Shown here one piece after another: positions 9,724-17,655 of a stretch of 33,281 nucleotides of DNA. Numbering within the stretch: the first letter of the stretch is position 1; each line of letters begins with the position of its first letter. Both the position numbers and the translations under genes were made by a program. The notes below the pieces were generated by a model. That model had not been told where the DNA came from and searched no databases. It was given only the letters and a program-made list of their open reading frames with translations. Origin of the DNA: Myxococcota bacterium (GTDB taxonomy: Bacteria; Myxococcota_A; UBA9160; UBA4427); contig JAYZFK010000039.1 of assembly GCA_036336835.1 (NCBI GenBank), positions 1 through 33,281 on the forward strand, given 5' to 3'.

Positions 9724-10881
9724 ATGGACTTTCGCTGGCCCGATGAGTATCTCGCCTTCCGCGACGCGGTGGACGCCTTCATCCAGGAGTGGCGCTCGCC
9801 CGAGCTCGCCGCCGAAATCCAACAGCGCGAGGGCGCGCCAGGACCGCTCAGCCGCAAGTACTTCGCAGCGCTCCAGGAGCGGGGCTGGATGCGCATGTGC
9901 TGGCCCGCCGACATGGGCGGCGAGGGCCGAGATCCGATCTACCAGTTCATCCTCGTCGAGGCGATGGAGTACTGGCGAATGCCCTACGGCAACCTGACCT
10001 TCACCTCGATCGCGCCGTCGATCGGACAGTACGGCACCGAGCACCAGAAGCAGAAGTACCTGCCCGGTATCTGGAATGGCGAGCTCACGTTCGCCATCGG
10101 CTACAGCGAGCCTAACGCCGGGACCGACCTCGCGGCGCTGCGCACCAAGGGCGAGAAGGTCGACGGCGGCTGGAAGGTGAACGGCCAGAAGATCTGGACC
10201 TCGCTGGCAGAGAACTCGACGCACATCTGGCTGGCCACGCGCACGGATCCCGACGCCAAGAAGCACGCGGGCATCTCGGTGCTGATCGTGCAGACGAAGG
10301 CGCCGGGCGTGACGATCCGCCCGCTCAAGACGATGAGCGGCCTCACCACCTACGAGACGTTCTACGACGACGTCTTCGTCCCCGACGAGGACGTACTCCC
10401 GCCGTTGCACGGCGGCTGGGGCATCATCATGCACGCGCTCAACCACGAGCGCGTCGGGCTCTCGCCCACCAGCAACCTGGCGCGCAACTACGACGTCGTC
10501 GTGGCGGAGCTCCAGCGCAACGCACCGCACAAGCTCGCGGATCCGGTGGTGCGGATGCGCCTGGCCGAGCTGCGCATGGAGCTGGAGCGCCACCGGGCGC
10601 TGGCCATCCGCAACGCCGTCACGATCTCGCGCGGCGCGATCAAACCGGGCGAAGCCTCGATGGCCAAGATCTCGGGCAGCGAGCTGCGCTACCGCATGTC
10701 CAATCTATTGGTGGACATCCTCGGTCGCGTCGGCGGGCTGGCTCGCGACGACGACCGCGCGGTCGAGAAGGGTCTCGTCCAGGGCAACTTCCTCTCGTCG
10801 CCGATCCTGCGCTTCGGCGGTGGGACCAACGAAGTGCAGCGCAGCATCCTGGCCACCCGCCATCTCGGCATGACGCGCTAG
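9724..10881 (+). CDS. Acyl-CoA dehydrogenase, catalytic subunit (FadE26/FadE29-like)
   Basis: FAIGYSEPNAGTDLAALRT, NGQKIWTS, LNHER, FGGGTNEVQRSILA. Confidence 0.95.
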   Translation: MDFRWPDEYLAFRDAVDAFIQEWRSPELAAEIQQREGAPGPLSRKYFAALQERGWMRMCWPADMGGEGRDPIYQFILVEAMEYWRMPYGNLTFTSIAPSIGQYGTEHQKQKYLPGIWNGELTFAIGYSEPNAGTDLAALRTKGEKVDGGWKVNGQKIWTSLAENSTHIWLATRTDPDAKKHAGISVLIVQTKAPGVTIRPLKTMSGLTTYETFYDDVFVPDEDVLPPLHGGWGIIMHALNHERVGLSPTSNLARNYDVVVAELQRNAPHKLADPVVRMRLAELRMELERHRALAIRNAVTISRGAIKPGEASMAKISGSELRYRMSNLLVDILGRVGGLARDDDRAVEKGLVQGNFLSSPILRFGGGTNEVQRSILATRHLGMTR

Positions 10882-10917
10882 GCCGGCGGGCGGCGGGCGG
10901 AAGGAACGAGAGACACG

Positions 10918-12003
10918 ATGGATCCCGACTTCGACGAGACCCAGCTCCTGCTGCAGACCACGACCCGCCGGTACCTCGAGGGCGAGGTGCCGTTCGACCG
11001 CGTGCGCGAGCACGAGGAGAAGTGCCGGGCCGACCAGGAGCTGTGGCAGGCCATGGCCGGCCAGGGTTGGCTAGGCGTCGCGCTGCCCGAAGCCGTGGGC
11101 GGCGGCGGCGCAGGCCTGGTTGAGGCCGGCATCCTGGTCCACGAGCTCGCGCGCCGCGCGGCCGTGGTCCCCGGCGTCGAGGTAATGGCCAGCGCGGTCG
11201 TACTCGCCCGCCACGCCGACGTCGACCAGAGCGCGCTGCTGCGCGGCATCGTCGATGGTGAGGTCGTCGTCGTGCCGGCGCTGCTCGAGGCGGGGGACGA
11301 CTTCGCCCAGGTCGACGCTGCGGTCGATGCGGGCGGCAAGCTCAGCGCAGAGAAGCGCTTCGTCGACTACCCGGACTTCGCGACCCACCACCTGGTGTCG
11401 GCGCACGGACCCGAGGGACTCGGGCTCTACCTGATCGAGCGCGGCGACGCGGCGATCGAGACCGAAGCGCGCTCGTGCACCGGGCGCACGCCGCAGGCCG
11501 ACGTGCGCTACCGCGGCGCGAGCGCCCGCCGCGTTGCCGGCGAGAGCGCCATCGGCCGGCTGCTCGACATCGGCCGCGCGCTGACCGCGGCGCAGATCCT
11601 GGGCTCGATGGAGGTCTCGCTCGAGATGACGGTCGAGTACACCAACCTGCGCGTGCAGTTCGGGCAGCCGCTCGCGACCTTCCAGGCCGTCCAGCACCAC
11701 GCGGCCGACATGTGCATGCACGTCGAGAGCAACCGATTCCTGGTCTACGAGCTGCTCGATTCGCTCGAGCGGGGCACGGCGGGATCCGCCGACGCCGCTC
11801 TGGTCAAGGCATCGGTCTCCCGCTCGGTCCCATTCGTCACCATGCAGGCGCACCAGCTGCACGGTGGGCAGGGGCTGATCGAGGAGAACGACCTCTACTT
11901 CTTCACGATCCGGGGCAAGGATCGCTCGCTCGCCTGGGGAACCGCCGAGGAGTGCCTGGCACAGGTGGCCGAGGACGTCGAGAGTCCGCCGCGCTGGCTC
12001 TGA
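10918..12003 (+). CDS. Acyl-CoA dehydrogenase, partner subunit (FadE27/FadE28-like)
   Basis: GWLGVALPEAVGGGG, RVQFGQPLATFQAVQHHAADM, QLHGGQG; lacks the SEP..G.D and GGT.E motifs. Confidence 0.93.
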   Translation: MDPDFDETQLLLQTTTRRYLEGEVPFDRVREHEEKCRADQELWQAMAGQGWLGVALPEAVGGGGAGLVEAGILVHELARRAAVVPGVEVMASAVVLARHADVDQSALLRGIVDGEVVVVPALLEAGDDFAQVDAAVDAGGKLSAEKRFVDYPDFATHHLVSAHGPEGLGLYLIERGDAAIETEARSCTGRTPQADVRYRGASARRVAGESAIGRLLDIGRALTAAQILGSMEVSLEMTVEYTNLRVQFGQPLATFQAVQHHAADMCMHVESNRFLVYELLDSLERGTAGSADAALVKASVSRSVPFVTMQAHQLHGGQGLIEENDLYFFTIRGKDRSLAWGTAEECLAQVAEDVESPPRWL

Positions 12004-12017
12004 GCAAGCGCGTCCTG

Positions 12018-12431
12018 TCAGTGGACCGGCTCGGCACCGAATAGCGTCGGCAGGACGTCCTTGACCGTGGGCTCACCGTCACCGGGCCGGACTGCCACGT
12101 AGTGCGAGGTGAAGCTCGCATCGCTGATCTGCGGAAACTCCTCGTGGAAACGCGCGAGCAGCCGCTCGAGCACCGCGACCCCCTGCTCGGAATCGACGTC
12201 CGCGAGGTGCACCACGATGCGGTCGCGCGTCATCCGGAACAGACCGTCCTCGACGCGCAGGGAGCTCTGCAGGAAATCCACGAAGTCCGGGAAGCGCTGG
12301 TCGCCGGACGCGGCGATCAGCCCGACCATCAACGAAGGGACATCGTGCTGGGCCGCGAGTGCGCCAGCACGCTCGAGCAGGGTTCGCAATTTGCGGGGAT
12401 CGTCATTCAAGGAGGGACTCGTTGCAGCCAT
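12018..12431 (-). CDS. Hypothetical protein with probable degenerate GGDEF/nucleotide-cyclase-like fold
   Basis: ATG 12431; LQSSLRVEDGLFRMTRDRIVVHLADVD...AVLERL follows the LRxxD-hh-R-x-GGDEF-hhh-L pattern but without GGDEF. Confidence 0.7.
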   Translation of the reverse strand: MAATSPSLNDDPRKLRTLLERAGALAAQHDVPSLMVGLIAASGDQRFPDFVDFLQSSLRVEDGLFRMTRDRIVVHLADVDSEQGVAVLERLLARFHEEFPQISDASFTSHYVAVRPGDGEPTVKDVLPTLFGAEPVH

Positions 12432-12546
12432 GGGTTGCCTATCGACCAATGTCGATCGGTTCCTGAATGATACGCGAAGCACGGTAGCCCCGCGGGGAAA
12501 GTCGCCGGCAGGCAGCGGGCCCGTTAGCGTCGAGACCCTCGAGATC

Positions 12547-13521
12547 ATGGCCCCCTCTGCAACGGAACCCGGCGTGCCTCCCGACGAACGCATCGCGGCG
12601 GCGCGGCTGGCGCGCGGTTTCTGGCTGCTCGTCGGTGCCACCACGGCGCTGATCGTGCTCGGCGCGCTGGTCCGCGCCAACGGCGCAGGGCTGGCGTGTC
12701 CCGACTGGCCGCTGTGCTTCGGTCAGTTGATCCCGCAGTTCGACGTCCGCGTGGGCTTCGAGTGGAGCCACCGCCTGCTCGCCGGAAGCGTCGGCCTGTG
12801 CTTCCTCGCGCTCGGCGCCCTGGTGCTGCGACACCCGACACTGCGGCGTTCGATGGGCCCGTGGGTCCTCACAGCCGGCACGCTGCTCGCCGTCCAGGTG
12901 GTCCTGGGTGCGCTCACCGTCTGGGAGCTGCTCGCCTCGTGGACCGTTTCCTCCCATCTGGTGGTGGGCAATGCGGTCAACGCCGGCTTCGCGACGATCG
13001 CGTGGCAGCTGGGGCGGGCCGCCGAGCCTGCGAGGTCGAGTGATTCGACCGCGCGCGGGTCGGAGGCGCGAGCGGTGATCGCGCCCGCGCTGCGCGGGCT
13101 GGTGGTGCTGACGGCGGGACTGCTGCTCTTGCAGCTCGTGCTGGGCGGGCAGGTCTCGTCGCGCTTTGCGGGTCTCGCGTGCGACGAATGGCCCGCCTGC
13201 CACGGCGGCGTGTGGTTTCCCGACTTCCAGGGGGCACGCGGCATCCATCTCTTCCACCGGCTGGCAGGCTACGCCCTGGTTGCGGCGCTGGGCGCCGCCG
13301 CGCTCGCAGCGCGCGGAACGGGCCGGCCCGGCCAACTGCTGGCAGCCGCGGCCGGGGTGGCGCTGGCGCAGGCGATCGTGGGCATCGCGAACGTGTTGCT
13401 GCGCATCCCGATCGAGGTCACGGCTGCGCATTCGCTGCTCGCGGCGATGCTCGTCCTGCTCACGACACTGGCTGTCTGCGAGACGTGGCCCCGACACCAC
13501 CCGTCGGCCAGTACGCGATAG
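12547..13521 (+). CDS. ctaA: Heme A synthase (COX15/CtaA family, two Cys pairs)
   Basis: GAGLACPDWPLC, EWSHRLLA, SSHL, AGLACDEWPAC, HLFHR, AAHSL; eight TM-like segments. Confidence 0.95.
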   Translation: MAPSATEPGVPPDERIAAARLARGFWLLVGATTALIVLGALVRANGAGLACPDWPLCFGQLIPQFDVRVGFEWSHRLLAGSVGLCFLALGALVLRHPTLRRSMGPWVLTAGTLLAVQVVLGALTVWELLASWTVSSHLVVGNAVNAGFATIAWQLGRAAEPARSSDSTARGSEARAVIAPALRGLVVLTAGLLLLQLVLGGQVSSRFAGLACDEWPACHGGVWFPDFQGARGIHLFHRLAGYALVAALGAAALAARGTGRPGQLLAAAAGVALAQAIVGIANVLLRIPIEVTAAHSLLAAMLVLLTTLAVCETWPRHHPSASTR

Positions 13522-13530
13522 GATCCCGCG

Positions 13531-14007
13531 ATGCGTCCCTATCAGATCTTCGCCGCGATGGACCCCGAGGGCGCGAAACGCTTCTTCGGCGGCCTGGCCG
13601 AAGACGCGCCGGCCATGTTCACACAGCTCGTCCATGCGGCGGCCGCGGCCATGAAGAGTCGCCCGGCCTACGTGAAGAAGCTGCCGCTCGACAAGCAGGC
13701 CGGCGCGATGCGGCGCGCGCTCGCCCGCGTCGGGGCCGATTCGCTCGCCGAGGAGATGCTCGCCATCTACTTCCTGGAGTGCCGCAAGGAGCTGCTCGCC
13801 GAGTGGCTCGACGGGCTCGGGATCGAGCACGAGAAGGGCTCGCTCAAAGAGGAGGCTCCGACCCAGCCGGACGGATCGAAGCTGGTGGAGTTCGTCGCGA
13901 GCTTCCGCAACGGGGAGGCGCCGAGCGATCGCGAGCTGCTGATGCGCGCCTTCACGGCCCAGTCGGCGATCGACTGGCCGGTGCTCGAGAGCCTGCTGGA
14001 AGATTGA
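13531..14007 (+). CDS. Hypothetical soluble protein (158 aa)
   Basis: Fills the gap after ctaA with helical, protein-like composition (LLAEWLDGLGIEHEKG); no function recognised. Confidence 0.8.
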   Translation: MRPYQIFAAMDPEGAKRFFGGLAEDAPAMFTQLVHAAAAAMKSRPAYVKKLPLDKQAGAMRRALARVGADSLAEEMLAIYFLECRKELLAEWLDGLGIEHEKGSLKEEAPTQPDGSKLVEFVASFRNGEAPSDRELLMRAFTAQSAIDWPVLESLLED

Positions 14008-14019
14008 GTCGGTTGCGTC

Positions 14020-15027
14020 TCAGCTGCGCAGCGTGAGCTTGTTCAGTACGGCCGGCGTTTCGAGGATCTGGCCCGCTCCCATGACCACCGCCTGCTCGGC
14101 GCTCTCTGCAACGAAGACCGGCAGTCCCGTGCTCTCGCGCAGCTGCTGATCGAGACCCGGAAGCTTCGCACCGCCGCCGATCACGACACCGCCCCGATCG
14201 AACAGGTCTCCGGCGAGCTCTGCCGGCGTATTCAGGAATGCGGTCCGAACGACCTCGATGATCGCCGCGATCGACTCTCCGAGGGCGCTGACGACCTCAT
14301 CGCTCTTCAGCTCGATGGCGGCTGGCGTTCCGCGCACGACATCCTGTCCCTTGACCGTGAACACCGCGTTCGAGCCGACCTGGCAGCAGCTCTCGACGTT
14401 GCACTTGATCTGCTCCGCTGTCCGCGCTCCGATCTGGAGTCCGTAGTAGGTGCGCAGGTAGCGGATGATCGCCTGGTCGAGCGCCTCGCCGCCGACCGGC
14501 GTCGATTCGACGATGGTGACCTCACCGAGCGAGATGACGCTCACCTCGGTGCCGCCGCCGCCGATGTCGATGATCATGTTGCCTGCCGGCTCGAAGGCCG
14601 GCAGCCCCACACCGATGGCTCCGCAGATCGACTGCGGTACGAGATGCACCTCTCGGGCCCCCGCGACCTGCGCGCTCTCGCGGGCCGCCCGGCTCTCGAC
14701 GGAGCTCAGCGTCGCGGAAACCGGCATCACGACCCGAGGTCGCAGGAAGCCACGGCTCGCGCCCGGCAGCGCCATCACCCCCTCGAGCAGCCGCGCTGCC
14801 AGATCGAAGTCGGTGACGACCCTCTTGCGGATGGGATGCACGACCTCGATACCCCGGGGCGTGCGTCCGGCCATCGCCTCTGCCGCGCTGCCGACCGTCA
14901 CGACGCCGTCCCGATTGCGCGCGACCGTGCTCGGCTCGCTCACGACGATGCCGCGCTTGCGTGCATAGACCACGGTGTTCGTGGTTCCGAGATCGATGGC
15001 CAGGTCATTCGAAAGACCGCGCAGCAC
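14020..15027 (-). CDS. mreB: Divergent MreB-family actin-like protein (orphan paralog)
   Basis: SNDLAIDLGTTNT, EPSTVA, GRTP, IIDIGGGGTEVSVISLG, GGEALD, TAEQIK, TPAELAGD, GGGAKL; GGAGGA RBS before GTG 15027. Confidence 0.93.
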   Translation of the reverse strand: MLRGLSNDLAIDLGTTNTVVYARKRGIVVSEPSTVARNRDGVVTVGSAAEAMAGRTPRGIEVVHPIRKRVVTDFDLAARLLEGVMALPGASRGFLRPRVVMPVSATLSSVESRAARESAQVAGAREVHLVPQSICGAIGVGLPAFEPAGNMIIDIGGGGTEVSVISLGEVTIVESTPVGGEALDQAIIRYLRTYYGLQIGARTAEQIKCNVESCCQVGSNAVFTVKGQDVVRGTPAAIELKSDEVVSALGESIAAIIEVVRTAFLNTPAELAGDLFDRGGVVIGGGAKLPGLDQQLRESTGLPVFVAESAEQAVVMGAGQILETPAVLNKLTLRS

Positions 15028-15062
15028 TGCTTCCTCCGCAGAATTTTCAGCCCAGTGGGCGA

Positions 15063-15076
15063 TTGCAATATTGCAA
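15063..15076. promoter_or_regulatory. Perfect 14-bp palindrome TTGCAATATTGCAA, candidate operator
   Basis: AT-rich perfect palindrome in a GC-rich sequence, overlapping the putative -12 element. Confidence 0.5.
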
Positions 15077-15087
15077 GAGTCGGACCG
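15072..15087 (-). promoter_or_regulatory. Candidate sigma-54 (-24/-12) promoter for the mreB paralog
   Basis: Minus strand reads CGG-TCCGACTC-TTGCA, with exact GG-N10-GC spacing and a TTGCA -12 box, about 45 bp upstream of the start codon. Confidence 0.55.
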
Positions 15088-15293
15088 AGAACTACCCGGA
15101 CGGGCGTTTACGAGCGGAGGAACCGGGCTGTCCACGCTAGTTGCGCGCGGTGTGCGTGCAGCCGTTCGCGCAATCCGTGTGCAGGAGTGGAAACAATTTG
15201 CCCGCCTCCCCCAAACCGCGACACCCGACGGGCCTCCGGTGGCACTTACTAGCCGATCGAACTCGCCTCAACGAGCGGAGCAGGAAATCTTCC

Positions 15294-16727
15294 ATGTTGA
15301 ATTTGCGACCTTCAGATTCCGGACGAATGACGCGGGACGCCTCGGCGCCCACCAGCGCGCCGCACCTCTGGGCCATTGCCAGCGGCAAGGGGGGTGTTGG
15401 GAAGTCCGTCGTGTCGACCAACTTCTCGGTCTCCCTGGCCGGGCGCGGGCACAGCGTTGCCCTGCTCGACCTCGACCTCGGCTGCGCCAACCTCCATACC
15501 ATGCTAGGCGTCAGCGGCGGTAAGAGCGGCCTGAGCCGACTGATCGAGAAGGAGACGGACACGCTGACCGACGCACTGGTGCCCACGGGCATCGAGGGCC
15601 TTCGCCTGCTCACCGGCGATCAGGCCGGTCCCGGCATGGCCAACATGTCGTATGCCCACAAGCACCTGATCCTGCGCCAGGCGCGCCGCCTCGATGTCGA
15701 ACACGTCGTGCTGGACCTCGGTGCGGGCACGGCGTTCAACGTGCTCGATTTCTTCCTCGGCGCCGACACCGGCATCGTGGTCGTCGTACCCGAACCCACG
15801 TCGATCGAGAATACCTACGAGTTCCTGCTGGCCGCCTTCCTGCGTTCGCTGCGGTCGATCACCCGACGCGGGATCGTGCGCGAAGCGATCGACAAGGTCA
15901 TCGCCACCCACCGCGGCCGGCTGCCCGCGCCGCGCGACCTGCTGGAAGCCGTGGTGGCCGTGGATGCCCAGGCGGGCGTCTTGCTGTGGGAGCGCTTCGA
16001 GGGCTTCTCGGCCAACCTGATCGTCAACCGAGTGCGCAATTCTCTCCATCACGAACTCGGGCCCCAGATCGTGCGCGACGCGCACAAGCACTTCGGCGCG
16101 TCGCTCCACTACTCGGGCACGATCGTGTCCGACGACTGCGTCGTCAGCGGCGTGGTCGCGCGCAGGCCGGTGATCCACCAGTTCCCGGGCAGCAGCTTCA
16201 CGCGCGACCTCGAGGCGGTGACCAGCTCGTTGCTGGCCCCCGAGCAGATCGTCGAGCCCACGCCGATCCGCGGGCACATCGCAAGCGAGGCGGCCTCGGT
16301 CGAGCCGACCGAGGTCAGCATCGATCTGACGAGCCCGGGCGCCTCCCTGCGCCGACGCCGCGAGGCGCTGGGGCTCACGCTGCCCGAGTGCGAGATGCAA
16401 ACGCGGATCCGCTGTCTCTCATCGATCGAGAACGAGGACTTCGACACCCTGCCGCCCGAGCAGTACCTGCGCGCCTTCGTCGCCCAGTATGCGTTGCTGC
16501 TCGGCATCGATGAGGCGGCCGCCCTCGCCGCCGCCTTCGCCGATCGCGCCGGGGCGGCAAGCCAGGGCCAGCCGCCCATGCAGTCCAAGGACGAGCCGGC
16601 GCACGCGCCGAAGCCGAAGCCCGAGAGCGACTCGCGCGCGCGGCCCCGACCGCCGCACGACAAAGCCTCCCACCGCCGACGCCGCCGCAGCGCTCGCGAG
16701 CGCTCGGTGCGACGCCGCCCCTTCTAG
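15294..16727 (+). CDS. MinD/FlhG(FleN)-family P-loop ATPase fused to a C-terminal RodZ-type HTH
   Basis: Deviant Walker A ASGKGGVGKS, LLDLDLGCANLH, VLDLGAG, PEPTSIEN, LIVNRV; C-terminal GASLRRRREALGLTL...IENEDFDTLPPEQYLRAFVAQYALLLGID. Start is 15294 or 15327. Confidence 0.9.
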   Translation: MLNLRPSDSGRMTRDASAPTSAPHLWAIASGKGGVGKSVVSTNFSVSLAGRGHSVALLDLDLGCANLHTMLGVSGGKSGLSRLIEKETDTLTDALVPTGIEGLRLLTGDQAGPGMANMSYAHKHLILRQARRLDVEHVVLDLGAGTAFNVLDFFLGADTGIVVVVPEPTSIENTYEFLLAAFLRSLRSITRRGIVREAIDKVIATHRGRLPAPRDLLEAVVAVDAQAGVLLWERFEGFSANLIVNRVRNSLHHELGPQIVRDAHKHFGASLHYSGTIVSDDCVVSGVVARRPVIHQFPGSSFTRDLEAVTSSLLAPEQIVEPTPIRGHIASEAASVEPTEVSIDLTSPGASLRRRREALGLTLPECEMQTRIRCLSSIENEDFDTLPPEQYLRAFVAQYALLLGIDEAAALAAAFADRAGAASQGQPPMQSKDEPAHAPKPKPESDSRARPRPPHDKASHRRRRRSARERSVRRRPF

Positions 16728-16740
16728 CGGGCCCGCTGCA

Positions 16741-16776
16741 CGGGAGGGAGTCGAGTCATCGACTCTCGCCCTTCCG
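16741..16776. terminator. Hairpin between convergent genes (possible bidirectional terminator)
   Basis: GGGAGTCGA-GTCA-TCGACTCTC stem, extendable by CGGGAGGG/CCCTTCCG; no U-tract. Confidence 0.5.
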
Positions 16777-16781
16777 CTGGA

Positions 16782-17636
16782 CTACCTCAGCCTGACAGCG
16801 CCGTTCGTGATCACCGGGGCGTTGTCGCGATCCTTGGCATGCGTGGCGACCAGCAGCTTGTCGCCCTCGTTCCACCACGAGATCGTGTAGGTCTCGCCGG
16901 GGAAGCCGACGCCGGCAAAGCGCGTCTGATAGCGGGCCACCCGGCTGACATCGCCGCCCAGGGCCTCATCGACCACCGCCTTCAACGTGATCCCGAACGA
17001 GCACAGCCCGTGGAGGATCGGGCGATCGAAGCCGCCGATCCGGGCGAACTCGGGATCGGCGTGGAGCGGGTTCTTGTCGCCCGACAGCCGATACAGCAAC
17101 GCCTGTTGGGGCAGCAGTGTCTTGTCGATGCTTCCGTCGGGTGCGCGCTCCGGCGCCCGGTTGCCGGCCTTCGGGCCGGGTTCGCCGCCGAAGCCGCCCT
17201 CCCCGCGCAGGAACAGCGAGAATCGGTTGGTGAACAGCGGGGCGCCGCCGCGCTCGGAGGTGACCAGCTCGATCACCGCGAGACAGGCCTTGCCCTTGTC
17301 CCACAGCTCGGCAACGCGCCCCCGGCTCTCGATCTCCGCCGCAACGGGCAACGGGCGATGGATCTCGATGTCCTGCTCGCCGTGGAGCAGCATGGCGAAG
17401 TTGAACTCGAGCCCCGGTGTTCCGGCGAGACCGGCGATCGCGCCGAAGACCGGGCACACCCCGAAGCTCGGCAGCACCTTCAGATTCTTCTCGTAGGTGT
17501 ACTCGAGCTCGTTCGGATCGGTCGCGGGAACGCCTGCACCGATGCCCAGGTGGTAGCGGATGACGTCGTCCTGGCTCCAGGAGCCGGTGGCCGGCTCGAA
17601 CTCGTGGCCGAGCGCCCGACTGGGATCGATGGGCAT
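16782..17636 (-). CDS. MaoC-family (R)-specific enoyl-CoA hydratase 2 (MFE-2 hydratase-like)
   Basis: VLPSFGV, LLHGEQ, hydratase-2 motif YRLSGDKNPLHADP, PILHGLCSFG. Confidence 0.95.
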   Translation of the reverse strand: MPIDPSRALGHEFEPATGSWSQDDVIRYHLGIGAGVPATDPNELEYTYEKNLKVLPSFGVCPVFGAIAGLAGTPGLEFNFAMLLHGEQDIEIHRPLPVAAEIESRGRVAELWDKGKACLAVIELVTSERGGAPLFTNRFSLFLRGEGGFGGEPGPKAGNRAPERAPDGSIDKTLLPQQALLYRLSGDKNPLHADPEFARIGGFDRPILHGLCSFGITLKAVVDEALGGDVSRVARYQTRFAGVGFPGETYTISWWNEGDKLLVATHAKDRDNAPVITNGAVRLR

Positions 17637-17655
17637 GACGACTCCCTCGGCGCGC

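Noticed and set aside
15240..15254. TGGCACTTACTAGC as a sigma-54 promoter for the MinD-HTH gene
   Set aside because: GG-to-GC spacing is 9 nt rather than the required 10, and the TT before GC is missing.
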